In this document: positions 1 through 9,677 of the stretch, piece by piece | Layout: each line of letters starts with the position of its first letter | Position numbering within the stretch: position 1 is the stretch's first letter | Assembly (NCBI GenBank): GCA_051546255.1 | Contig: CP128821.1 | Location: forward strand, 248,001-312,000 | DNA length: 64,000 nucleotides | Origin: Meyerozyma guilliermondii | Lineage: Eukaryota | Direction of reading: 5' to 3' | Made by a program: the position numbers and the translations under genes | Notes under the pieces: generated by a model | Told to the model about the DNA's origin: nothing | Database searches by the model: none | What the model saw: the letters and a program-made list of their open reading frames with translations, nothing else

Positions 1-1655
1 CCAGGGAAACCAACAGAACCATATGGCGTATTATAAGCAAGCTCTGCAACCGTTTCAGAGAGTCCATGAGCTCTAAAATTCTTTTTGATTTGCTTGAGCA
101 TAAGGTTACTCCACATGGCACCAGAAACACTACTTCCAAATGCAGATCCAATATTGTAACTTGCCAAGTAAATGGAGATCACAATGGCCATGTACTCGTG
201 ATTGGTACAGGCTGCAATAGACACTTGGGTGGCATAGGTGAAGAATCCAGCACCAAAACCCATCAAACACAAACTTCCAATGACACCATTCAAGTATTTT
301 TCTGATTGGATACCGTCGTTGTCACCCCTGTAGTGCAAGAGAAGACCCATGGCGATGAACCACATACAGACTCCAAAGATAATAAATGGCTTTACTCTTC
401 TGAAGAAGACCACCACCAATCCAACAATAGTACCAGTGATCACCGACACAAAAGAATACAACGATGTGATTCTGGTAGCAGCTTTGACACTAGCACGCAT
501 TCCAACCACCAACACAGTGTACATGAAATCATTGGGCATGTACCATACAAAGTTGATGAATATTCCAACGATGAGCGACGACCATACTCCTCTATCTTTC
601 ACCAATTTCAAAGGTAATACTGGGTGCTTAGCAAACTTACCTTGCCAGAGAAGGAAGAATGGAATGAGAACAAATCCAATGACCAATGGAGCAATGATTT
701 TTCCCTCTTTCCAAGTCTCAGAAACACCTCCAGCGATGGTGAAAGGAACTAAGATGAAACCAAAGATGCAAATTATGAAGAGAATACCGATCACATCCAA
801 GTGCCAGAACAAGAACACAAGGTGGCTCCACATACGCTTGAACCAAGAGCCTTGGAACTGTCTTCTAATTTCTCTTTCTTCTTCTTTGAGAAGAGCCCAT
901 TCTGGTGTCTTGCGTGCCCTCAAATACATATGGACGAAGCAGCAAAGAATTGGCACACAAGAAAGCGGGAAGATAAACGCCCAGATTCCAATACTGTAGC
1001 TCCAGCTATGAGCGGCAAGCAATTCCGACGAAACATTGCCGGATACCCAAGTATTGATAATGAAAGGAAGACCTGGAATAAACGAAGCAGCCATTCTCCA
1101 GTTCATATTGGAGAAATCGGCCAAGATAATCTGAAACATAACGATGACACCAGAGTATCCGATCTGATAAAGCACAGCACCTCCAGCAAACCGGTTGATG
1201 TCAAATGCTTGTGACTCAATGACAGTTCCCATGGCATAAAACAAAATGGAAATCACCAAGAGTTCGAGTCTTCCAAACACATCAGATAAACGAGCATATG
1301 TGGGCTGGGCAGCAGCGGCAACAACGGCTCTAATAACGTTGACAGTAGCCAATAATGAGTGGCTCAGGTATGAGGCAGTGGCATAACCTTGAAAAGTATA
1401 TCTGAGAGTACCATCCAACGAGTAACAGTACGAAGCACAAAAGATACTGACAAAGAGAATGATTCTCAAAACAGGATGTGTGTACTGGTCCGCAAGGGCT
1501 TCAGCCTTTCTGATACCAATAGATTTGGTAGTAGATTTGGCAACGGTGGAGTTGGGGTCGATGTATGGAACTCGGTTGTCTAATTGATCTTTGTTCGCAT
1601 CAAACAGACCAGTCCTCTTATCCAGACCTGAGTCTGTATGTTCAAGATTACTCAT
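1..1655 (-). CDS. SIT1: Siderophore-iron transporter, MFS ARN/SIT family (3' end runs off the window)
   Basis: Not in the ORF track. Manual minus-strand translation from ATG 1655 gives MSNLEHTD...SIGIRKAEALA...YSLDGTLRYTFQGYATASY..HSLLATVNVIRAVVAAAAQPTYARLSDVFGRLELL...NWRMAASFIP, a characteristic ARN/SIT N-terminal region. Confidence 0.88.
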   Translation of the reverse strand, partial: MSNLEHTDSGLDKRTGLFDANKDQLDNRVPYIDPNSTVAKSTTKSIGIRKAEALADQYTHPVLRIILFVSIFCASYCYSLDGTLRYTFQGYATASYLSHSLLATVNVIRAVVAAAAQPTYARLSDVFGRLELLVISILFYAMGTVIESQAFDINRFAGGAVLYQIGYSGVIVMFQIILADFSNMNWRMAASFIPGLPFIINTWVSGNVSSELLAAHSWSYSIGIWAFIFPLSCVPILCCFVHMYLRARKTPEWALLKEEEREIRRQFQGSWFKRMWSHLVFLFWHLDVIGILFIICIFGFILVPFTIAGGVSETWKEGKIIAPLVIGFVLIPFFLLWQGKFAKHPVLPLKLVKDRGVWSSLIVGIFINFVWYMPNDFMYTVLVVGMRASVKAATRITSLYSFVSVITGTIVGLVVVFFRRVKPFIIFGVCMWFIAMGLLLHYRGDNDGIQSEKYLNGVIGSLCLMGFGAGFFTYATQVSIAACTNHEYMAIVISIYLASYNIGSAFGSSVSGAMWSNLMLKQIKKNFRAHGLSETVAELAYNTPYGSVGFP

Positions 1656-1930
1656 GGAAAAATTGCTCAAAGGAAAGAGGGGATGCTCTCTTAATATACA
1701 AGGCTAGGAAAAAATTTTTAGATGGAACTGATAAAATCGATAGCAGCCTCAATTCTTGGCCCTCCTGCACCGCGGACATACTGATGCACGTTGAGCCGCA
1801 CCGTCCCAATAAACTTTGTCCAAATTGGGATCAGCCTGGGCGCTTAAATGCACGAGCCGCTGGGCACTTTCCTGTGATTGGTTGCTTCGATATAATGTCA
1901 TGCAGCCAAGACGCACCATGCAAACAAATT

Positions 1931-1939
1931 TTATCTGAT
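1931..1939 (-). promoter_or_regulatory. Extended GATA site ATCAGATAA (SreA/Fep1/Sfu1-type iron repressor site) upstream of SIT1
   Basis: TTATCTGAT on + strand. A further TGATAA lies at 1729-1734 and CCAAT/ATTGG near 1806 and 1876. Confidence 0.5.
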
Positions 1940-2410
1940 CATCGCTTGATTATGGTTGGATTCTGCAAAAACTAAGCAGAAGTTAAAAACTGTAGCAAGG
2001 TAAGGTATCATAACTAGTAAAACACTGCAGGCAATCGCCAACTGCAATTGAGAGCGCAAAGATCGGGGTCTCGCTGCACAATGCGGGATTTTCTTTTTCG
2101 CACACAAATCTCTCCGCGTAATGCATTTCCGCATCGGACTAAAACAGCTTCGTATCTCTTCCCCAAATGGACTTACTATTGAATTTGCTCGCTACGAAAA
2201 CGGTCGAGGCGGGCGGTTTACTGTTTTTTTTTCTTTATGCATCAAACGGCGTTATACCTTAGCTGCACTCAATTTGTTCTTTCGTACTTGTTGCATACAT
2301 AAATGTGATTTTTCTCCGAAACGGAATTGAGCCGTTTACGATGCATTGACAGCCATTAGTTCATTCTTTCTCTGTTGCTTGTTCATTCTTTCTTTATTCT
2401 CTATATTGTT

Positions 2411-5400
2411 TTAAACCGGTTTTCCACCAATAAATTCACTCCATCTTTGCACTTCCGATGGGATTTCCACCACATCTGGAATCACATCAAAGTCAGGCTT
2501 GGTGCTAATTTTAGCCCTCAAGCACTCAGCAAAGAGTTGTGTTGTGTTGGGCTCATTAAATAATGCAATACCAAAATCAATTGCATTTCTTCTCATGACA
2601 TAGTCTTCATCGAGCAAAGATTCTGCGCGAGCACCAGCCAAATTAAATACAGCACTGATTTGCTTGTCTTGGAAGATTTCTCGAAGTGCTCTCTTGTCGG
2701 TCTTGGGGAACTCAATAACTTCAACTTTTTCGGATACAAAGTCGTTCAAGTATTTTGCAACCTCAGGAGATGCAGTGTAGTAGTTGTAGCCAAGTCCAGA
2801 TACTGTTTGGGCAACCTTACCCAACTTATCATTGGTCAAATCTCCTCCAAAGAGAATACCAGAGCCTGGTTGTGGAACCTTAAAGTTCATTGTTGATTGG
2901 ATCGAAGTCCAGTATGCTTCGACCTTGTCTTTACCGAAACATGCAACCTCTCCTGTAGAAGCCATTTCCACTCCTAAGAAAGGATCAGCACCAGCCAACC
3001 TGGTGAATGAAAATTGAGGAACCTTGGTAGCGACTCTGTCGTACAGGCGACTCATCAAATCAACGGGCTCAGGTACATTTTCCTTGATCAATGCTTTGGC
3101 AGCAATATCGATAAAGTTGGTACCCAATACTTTCGAGACAAATGGGAAAGATCTAGAGGCACGAATATTACACTCAATAACCTTTAATTCGCAATCTTCA
3201 TCGCCCAATGTTCCATTATGGTCGTCCTTGATAATTTGCATGTTGAAAGGACCACTAATTTTCCAAGCTTTTGCAACCTTATCAGCGATTTCTTTCAATC
3301 TTCCAAGAACAACTGGAGAAAGGTCCTGAGGTGGAAGAACCAAAGTTGCATCTCCAGAGTGAACACCAGCATTTTCCACATGTTCTGAAACAGCATGTAC
3401 CAAAACATTACCATCGCTTGCAACTCCATCAATGTCAATTTCTTGAGCACCAACGATGAATTTTGAGATCACCACAGGATGGTCCTGGGAAACTTTAGCA
3501 GCATTGGACAATTTTGTCTCCAATTCGGCCTTGCTATTGATCACAGACATGGCAGCTCCACTCAAGACGTAGGAAGGTCTTACCAAAACTGGATACCCAA
3601 CTTCATCAGCAAACTTTTCAGCTTCATCAACCGAGGTGAGCTCTTTCCATCTTGGCTGGTCAACGCCAATAGAGTCCAAAATCTGAGAGAATTTGTGACG
3701 ATCTTCGGCCTTGTCAATGTCAGCTGGGTTAGTACCCAATACGTTGCAGCCTTGCTCTTGTAAAGGCAAAGCGATGTTTTGAGGGAGTTGTCCTCCAACA
3801 CTAACAACCACACCTTGAGCGTTTTCAAGCTCATAAATATCAAGCACTCTCTCCAACGATAATTCTTCAAAGTACAATCTGTCAACCTCGTCAAAGTCGG
3901 TCGAAACAGTTTCTGGGTTGTAGTTAATCATAATGGTCTTGTGGCCAGACTCTCTCAATGCTCTAGCTGTGGAAACGGCACACCAATCAAATTCAACTGA
4001 CGATCCAATACGGTACACTCCAGAGCCCAAAACCATGGTTCCGTGTTCGTTGAACTCTATATCTGATGAAGTAGCATTGTAAGTGGTGTAAAGATAGTTG
4101 GTGTTAGCAGGGAATTCTGCCGCCAAAGTATCAATCTTCTTCACAAATGGGACAATACCAAACAGCTTTCTAACGGCACGAACTTCCAACTCAGTAGACT
4201 TGACACAAAGTGCAATTTGCTTGTCTGAAAATCCCAATTTCTTTGCTCTTGACATCAAGTCAGAGTTAATTTTTTCCAACAGACCAGTGGCTTCCAATTC
4301 ACGGTACATGTTGACGATATTCATCAACTTGTACAAGAACCATTTGTCGATTTTACTCAACTCGTGCACCTTATCAACCGAGTAGTTCTCGTGAAGTAAT
4401 GCTTGACCAACTGCCAACCATCTTCTATCGGTAGGGTTTTGCAAAACGTCGTCCAAGTCTTCAAAAGTGTCACCTTGGAAACCAATATACGAAGGGTCAA
4501 CTTGTCTGATTGCCTTTTGGAACGACTCCTCAAAGTTACGGCCAATTGCCATGACTTCACCGACAGATTTCATGGCAGAACCAATGTCCCTTTTAACGTG
4601 CTGGAATTTTGCCAAGTCCCATCTTGGAATCTTGGTGACCATGTAATCCAACGAAGGTTCGAAATTAGCAGAGGTGGTTTTGGTGACTGGATTGGGCAAC
4701 TCGGGGAGAGTATGGCCAAGTGCAATCTTAGCGGCAGTGTATGCAAGTGGGTAACCTGTAGCCTTGGATGCCAAAGCTGAAGAACGAGACAAACGAGCAT
4801 TGACTTCGATCACTCTGTAGTCGAGTCCATCAGGTTGTAAGGAATATTGGACATTACATTCACCAACGACACCCAAATGGCGGATAATCTTGATGGCAGC
4901 AGATCTCAACATATGGTATTCTTCATCACTGAGAGTCTGAGATGGGGCCACCACAATGGAGTCACCAGTATGGACACCAAGTGGATCAAAGTTTTCCATA
5001 TTGCACACGGTGATACAGTTGCCCACGCGGTCTCTAACAACCTCGTATTCAACTTCCTTCCATCCTTTCAAAGACTTTTCCACCAAAATTTGCGGAGCCA
5101 ATGATAATGAACGAGAAGACAAATCTCTCAATTCTTCCTCATTTGCAGCAAATCCAGATCCTAATCCACCCAATGAGTAGGCAGATCTCACAATAATGGG
5201 GTAGCCAACACTTTTCGCTGCCGCAAGAGCATCATCGACGGTTTCCACCGCAATCGATTCGGCAATTGGAATATCAATTTCCTTCAAAGCTTTGGCAAAT
5301 AAATCACGATCTTCAGAAGTTTCTAAAGTTTTAATGGGTGTACCCAACACCTTGACTCCGTACCTTTCGAAAACTCCCATCTTGTCCAATTTAACTCCCA

Positions 5401-5863
5401 CATTCAAACCAGTTTGACCTCCAAACGTCAACAAGATACCATCTGGTCTCTCTCTTTCAATAATATAAGTAATGTACTCAGCAGTCACAGGCAAGTAGTA
5501 TATTTCATCTGCCAACGCGTGCGATGTCTGGTTCGTGGCAATGTTAGGATTGATCAAAATTGACTTTTTATTGGCTTCTTTCAACGCCTTGATCGCTTGA
5601 GAACCCGAATAATCGAATTCACCAGCCTGGCCAATAGAAAGCCCTCCCGATCCAATAACAAGCACTTTTGAGACATCCACGAGCTTCTGGCTGGTATCTC
5701 CTCCCAAAGATTTGAGCAATTCCGCTCCAGCGTAACTGATCTGTGATTGGTTTTGAAACCTCGAAGCGACAGAAAAAAGCCGAACGTTGTGAGTACGTGG
5801 AATGTGGTGTTTTACAGCAAACCCCGACAATCTGGGTATGATTTTTACCCAGTTCATTGGCAT
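2411..5863 (-). CDS. CPA2: Carbamoyl-phosphate synthase, arginine-specific large subunit
   Basis: KVLVIGSGGLSIGQAGEFDYSGSQA, two ATP-grasp halves, C-terminal MGS-like domain; no fused DHO/ATCase domains; 1150 aa. Confidence 0.97.
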   Translation of the reverse strand: MPMNWVKIIPRLSGFAVKHHIPRTHNVRLFSVASRFQNQSQISYAGAELLKSLGGDTSQKLVDVSKVLVIGSGGLSIGQAGEFDYSGSQAIKALKEANKKSILINPNIATNQTSHALADEIYYLPVTAEYITYIIERERPDGILLTFGGQTGLNVGVKLDKMGVFERYGVKVLGTPIKTLETSEDRDLFAKALKEIDIPIAESIAVETVDDALAAAKSVGYPIIVRSAYSLGGLGSGFAANEEELRDLSSRSLSLAPQILVEKSLKGWKEVEYEVVRDRVGNCITVCNMENFDPLGVHTGDSIVVAPSQTLSDEEYHMLRSAAIKIIRHLGVVGECNVQYSLQPDGLDYRVIEVNARLSRSSALASKATGYPLAYTAAKIALGHTLPELPNPVTKTTSANFEPSLDYMVTKIPRWDLAKFQHVKRDIGSAMKSVGEVMAIGRNFEESFQKAIRQVDPSYIGFQGDTFEDLDDVLQNPTDRRWLAVGQALLHENYSVDKVHELSKIDKWFLYKLMNIVNMYRELEATGLLEKINSDLMSRAKKLGFSDKQIALCVKSTELEVRAVRKLFGIVPFVKKIDTLAAEFPANTNYLYTTYNATSSDIEFNEHGTMVLGSGVYRIGSSVEFDWCAVSTARALRESGHKTIMINYNPETVSTDFDEVDRLYFEELSLERVLDIYELENAQGVVVSVGGQLPQNIALPLQEQGCNVLGTNPADIDKAEDRHKFSQILDSIGVDQPRWKELTSVDEAEKFADEVGYPVLVRPSYVLSGAAMSVINSKAELETKLSNAAKVSQDHPVVISKFIVGAQEIDIDGVASDGNVLVHAVSEHVENAGVHSGDATLVLPPQDLSPVVLGRLKEIADKVAKAWKISGPFNMQIIKDDHNGTLGDEDCELKVIECNIRASRSFPFVSKVLGTNFIDIAAKALIKENVPEPVDLMSRLYDRVATKVPQFSFTRLAGADPFLGVEMASTGEVACFGKDKVEAYWTSIQSTMNFKVPQPGSGILFGGDLTNDKLGKVAQTVSGLGYNYYTASPEVAKYLNDFVSEKVEVIEFPKTDKRALREIFQDKQISAVFNLAGARAESLLDEDYVMRRNAIDFGIALFNEPNTTQLFAECLRAKISTKPDFDVIPDVVEIPSEVQRWSEFIGGKPV

Positions 5864-5865
5864 TG

Positions 5866-5958
5866 TGACTCAACTACTCGATTTAAAGTTGCAATTGCCG
5901 TAACTCAAGGAAGAGGTTTTTATCTGAAAATTTTGAGCCCTAAAACGGTAATGACTCA
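5866..5958. promoter_or_regulatory. Two Gcn4 sites (TGACTCA) upstream of CPA2
   Basis: TGACTCA at 5866-5872 and 5952-5958; Gcn4 is the established activator of arginine biosynthesis genes. Confidence 0.65.
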
Positions 5959-6088
5959 GCGCTAGCCGCGTTGCGAAATCTACCGGGTATTTCCTGGCAC
6001 GGTGCCACATTTCGGCGTATATGTCAGTCCGCTGTCCTGCGCACGACCTGCAACCTTTATGACGCACTACATTTGACAGATTGAATGT

Positions 6089-6559
6089 ATGAATCGACGC
6101 CATGAAGATTTGGTGGTAAGTCAATCGGACCTCTTGGCAACCCACAACATTCTGAATGCAGAGTATAGGGGTTTCTTTATATATGTACTTAGTTCTATTA
6201 GTTTGTTTGTATGGATCGGCTGGACCGTAATTCCTGAACATGTTCTTGAAAACTACCTTTATATAGATTATTATCCTGATAAGTACTGGACGGTGGCCAT
6301 ACCGGCCTATTCCTTGATGCTCATGGTGTACATATACATTGGAATGGCCCTTTATAATACGGAAGTCTTGACATTTGCAATTGACGATGTGAGAAATTTC
6401 GTGGACTCCTACACATACATGCCGGAACAAACCGTTCCTGGGAGTCGTTCCAAGTATGAAAAAACTCTTGATTATGTATGGAAAGCACCATCTGGAGTGT
6501 GGGACTTGCCCATTACTTTAGTGAACGAAGTACTATATACAGATGATAATGACGAATAG
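6089..6559 (+). CDS. GPI19: GPI-GlcNAc transferase subunit, PIG-P family
   Basis: EYRGF, IDYYPDKYW and GVWDLPITLVNEVLY PIG-P motifs; two hydrophobic segments. Confidence 0.9.
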   Translation: MNRRHEDLVVSQSDLLATHNILNAEYRGFFIYVLSSISLFVWIGWTVIPEHVLENYLYIDYYPDKYWTVAIPAYSLMLMVYIYIGMALYNTEVLTFAIDDVRNFVDSYTYMPEQTVPGSRSKYEKTLDYVWKAPSGVWDLPITLVNEVLYTDDNDE

Positions 6560-6578
6560 TTAATACAATCTATATATG

Positions 6579-9353
6579 CTATACACTATAGGCCTGTTGT
6601 AAGCTCTGCTTCATTTCAGGATCAATAGTGGCTAGAATGTGGTTGTTCCAGATGTCGTCGCCAAGCATTGCCTTGAAACTTTGAAGAGTTTGGCCTATGG
6701 CATTTTTCAATGCCTGGGGTGGCTCAAAGTAGTGAGCCACTGTGGTTATGAATATCGACAAATTCTTTCTGCCTTGTACGGTTGAAAGTCCTCCGAATCC
6801 TTGATCGGGGTTCTCGTGGATTGCCTGCAAGATTCCTTGGTAGCATGTCTCCTTTTCGTTATTATCGATCAAGTATAACATATGAGAGCACCATGGAATA
6901 ATAAACTCAACGAGTCTAGGTGCCAATTTACTGGCTCCTCCATTCAATCCTAGTCTCCCCAAGCATATAGCGGCATTCTCTAATACTGCTTGTTGCATGT
7001 CACTGCTATTGATGAACGGTATAAGCAAGTCAAGGAAGTTATTCATATATGGTTCCAATTCTCCATTAGTGCAACGCACTGCAATTTCACCCAATGCCCA
7101 TATAGCATTGTTATATACGGCGTACGAGGTGTAGTTTCTGTTGTTGATCTCGTTCCCGATGCAGACAACCACCGACAGCAAACATGGCTTAACGGTTTGT
7201 TCTGGGACGAAAATCGCCAAGTCGCCTAAAAGGGCATAAGCTGATTGTCTGACATCATCGGTAGGATCTTCAAAGCACAAGAGAAGCATTTGCATCAAGT
7301 TGGCACCATTAATGAGATCTGCGGAATGTCCTTCGAATCCTTGAATCAACCCATCTATAAGGTCCAAAGATGTAACCATAAAGTCCTTCTCGGGAGTGTC
7401 GATTAAAGGATCTGTATGACACTGCTGCTCAACTTCAATGCAATGAGCCAAGATCTTGGAAGCTCTCTCGTATACTGGAAGGGCATAAGGAGCAAAAAGC
7501 TCGCCCAAGGTGGCTGCGACAGATGCCATACATTCCAACAAAGGCCATAATGAGTTGTCGTTGTCGTCCAACGATTGCCATTTGTGAAGAAGTGGAGTCA
7601 ACAATGTCTCTACGTTTTGAGGATTAGCAGCAAGATTGTCATGGCCCATCACCTCGACAAAAGTCTGAACACAGTCATAGAGGATCACAAGGTTGCGTCT
7701 TTGATATGTTTCAAAGCACTTTGCAAAATGGACTAACAAAGGTGCCAAAAACACCTCAAGCAATGAAGAATCACTTTCCTCAATAAAGGATGAAAGAGCT
7801 GAGCACGCAGCCTCTTGAACCACTTTTTTGCTGTCCAAGGAACAGTTCATGATTGCTTGGAAAGTAGGCTGGAAATAGTTGGAATAGTTGCCATAACGTG
7901 CCTCTTCGTTAACCCATTGAGCATAACGCGAGAGTGTCCAGCAAGTGATTTGCCTGACTCGGGGTTCATTATCTGACAATCTTTCCACCAAAAATGGAAT
8001 CAATGTAGGAATCTTATCTCCGGCAAGTTCCAAACAACTTTTGCTGATGGCACCAAAGGCCAATATCGAAGCTTCGCGAACAGGCCATTCGTTTGCAACT
8101 ATCTTTTCCTGGAGTATTGGGATGGAAATCTGGATCACATCACCTGGGAAATTCAACGAGAGTATATCCAACGTAGCAGCTGAACACTTACGAAGTGACC
8201 ATTGGTTGACGTCATCATCGTCGTCATCTTCATCATCTTCATCGTCTTCATATTCGGAATCGGAATCGACATCAAACTGATTCTGTTTTGCCCGCTTGGA
8301 CGAGGCAGTATGAGCCGACTTGGATTTGGCGGCCTGTGGCTTGACATCTTCGTCTCGGTCAGCAACGTCTGCGTTATCTCTTTCATCTATCATCTCCATG
8401 TAGAATATCTCCTCTTCCGAGTACACCATTTTGTCCAACAAAACTGGAAGAATCAAGGGTAATTTGGGCTGGAAAACCTGCTTGTTCGTTTCTGTTGCAG
8501 GAGAAGTGGACAATGCTAACAAGAACTCACATGCCTCCAAGGCTACATCTTCATGGGTGTCTTGCATCAAATGGAGACAGTAGTTCACCACTCCATCTAA
8601 ATGAGGAATAATTTTATCTGAACGAGCTTCAAGAATCTGCGCAAACGCAGTGCATATGTTGCGTCTTACTTCGTTATTCTCGTCGTTTGCCAACTGAAAC
8701 AATTTGGCAAGAAATTCGTCCAATTGCACCAATATAGATTGAGATTTGAGCGGAATGAATTGGTTGATGCAATGAATGGCGGTAGCTCGTACTTTGGGGC
8801 TCGAATTTGGGTCCATTAGTGTCAACAAAGTAGAAATAATGTAGTTTAATGGTCGTTCACCATTGTATTCACGGTCCACCTGGTGGGCACTATCCTCGCA
8901 AATCTTCGACAATGCACTCATAGCCGCTTCCTGAGTATGAATGTTGGATGTTTGGTTATTTTTGATAAGCTCAATCAACTGAGGTAGACAATGAGGCCAT
9001 CCATCCATTCCATAGATGGAAAATAATGAGGTTATAACATTTCCAGTTATGTTTCTTACCATCGAGTCGTTAACTAAAAGGCCCTGAATCACATTTTCCT
9101 TCAAAAACAGGCGGTCTACGTCTCTTTCCTTGAGGATGCTGTTTTTCAAATTGATACCCGCTGCTGCTCGAACATCTGATCTGGCAGTATTATCCAATAC
9201 CAATAAGCTGAAAAGATAATTTTCAAATTCAGGCTCTAATTTTGCTTGCTGAAGAGCATCGTTTGCCAATTTTCGCTCGTTGTTATCAGCCAGAAGTGTG
9301 CCCGTAAAGATATGGGTCAACTGTGCCAAAGCCTGAGGGTCAGCACTCCACAT
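6579..9353 (-). CDS. KAP104: Transportin / karyopherin beta-2
   Basis: RAAAGINLKN, acidic H8 loop (DRDEDVKP...DDDD), WSLRKCSAATLD, DKDF-like FMVTSLDLIDGL, VLENAAICLGRL. Confidence 0.95.
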   Translation of the reverse strand: MWSADPQALAQLTHIFTGTLLADNNERKLANDALQQAKLEPEFENYLFSLLVLDNTARSDVRAAAGINLKNSILKERDVDRLFLKENVIQGLLVNDSMVRNITGNVITSLFSIYGMDGWPHCLPQLIELIKNNQTSNIHTQEAAMSALSKICEDSAHQVDREYNGERPLNYIISTLLTLMDPNSSPKVRATAIHCINQFIPLKSQSILVQLDEFLAKLFQLANDENNEVRRNICTAFAQILEARSDKIIPHLDGVVNYCLHLMQDTHEDVALEACEFLLALSTSPATETNKQVFQPKLPLILPVLLDKMVYSEEEIFYMEMIDERDNADVADRDEDVKPQAAKSKSAHTASSKRAKQNQFDVDSDSEYEDDEDDEDDDDDDVNQWSLRKCSAATLDILSLNFPGDVIQISIPILQEKIVANEWPVREASILAFGAISKSCLELAGDKIPTLIPFLVERLSDNEPRVRQITCWTLSRYAQWVNEEARYGNYSNYFQPTFQAIMNCSLDSKKVVQEAACSALSSFIEESDSSLLEVFLAPLLVHFAKCFETYQRRNLVILYDCVQTFVEVMGHDNLAANPQNVETLLTPLLHKWQSLDDNDNSLWPLLECMASVAATLGELFAPYALPVYERASKILAHCIEVEQQCHTDPLIDTPEKDFMVTSLDLIDGLIQGFEGHSADLINGANLMQMLLLCFEDPTDDVRQSAYALLGDLAIFVPEQTVKPCLLSVVVCIGNEINNRNYTSYAVYNNAIWALGEIAVRCTNGELEPYMNNFLDLLIPFINSSDMQQAVLENAAICLGRLGLNGGASKLAPRLVEFIIPWCSHMLYLIDNNEKETCYQGILQAIHENPDQGFGGLSTVQGRKNLSIFITTVAHYFEPPQALKNAIGQTLQSFKAMLGDDIWNNHILATIDPEMKQSLQQAYSV

Positions 9354-9677
9354 GGTTATTTTGAATCAAGCCGGGACCAGATTAGTAGTAATGTGGCGGG
9401 GTGTAGATGGCTCAATATATCCAGTAGGTGCTAGAGGTCTTGGCTGGTTGGGAATTTTATTATTGTTTGCACCTACACTAGTTGAAAAAAATTAAAATTC
9501 AAAATGTGTGCGATGAAGAGTGTGCAGGGAAACCGGTGGGGTGTAGAAGTTTAGTAATTTTTCAGAGAAAAGATGTATGAAGATTACGGTACACATGGAT
9601 ACATCTTTTGGATGGCTAATTTAATGAATACGTGGTAAACATCCAAATTTCCACAAATCTTCATTTTCTGGTTATGC

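Noticed and set aside
66..1583. Several plus-strand ORFs of up to 216 aa
   Set aside because: Antisense shadows of the SIT1/ARN transporter gene.
5870..6010. 46-codon upstream ORF ending just before CPA2
   Set aside because: No similarity to the arginine attenuator peptide (which belongs to CPA1), and its ATG lies upstream of the Gcn4 sites, so it is probably outside the mRNA.
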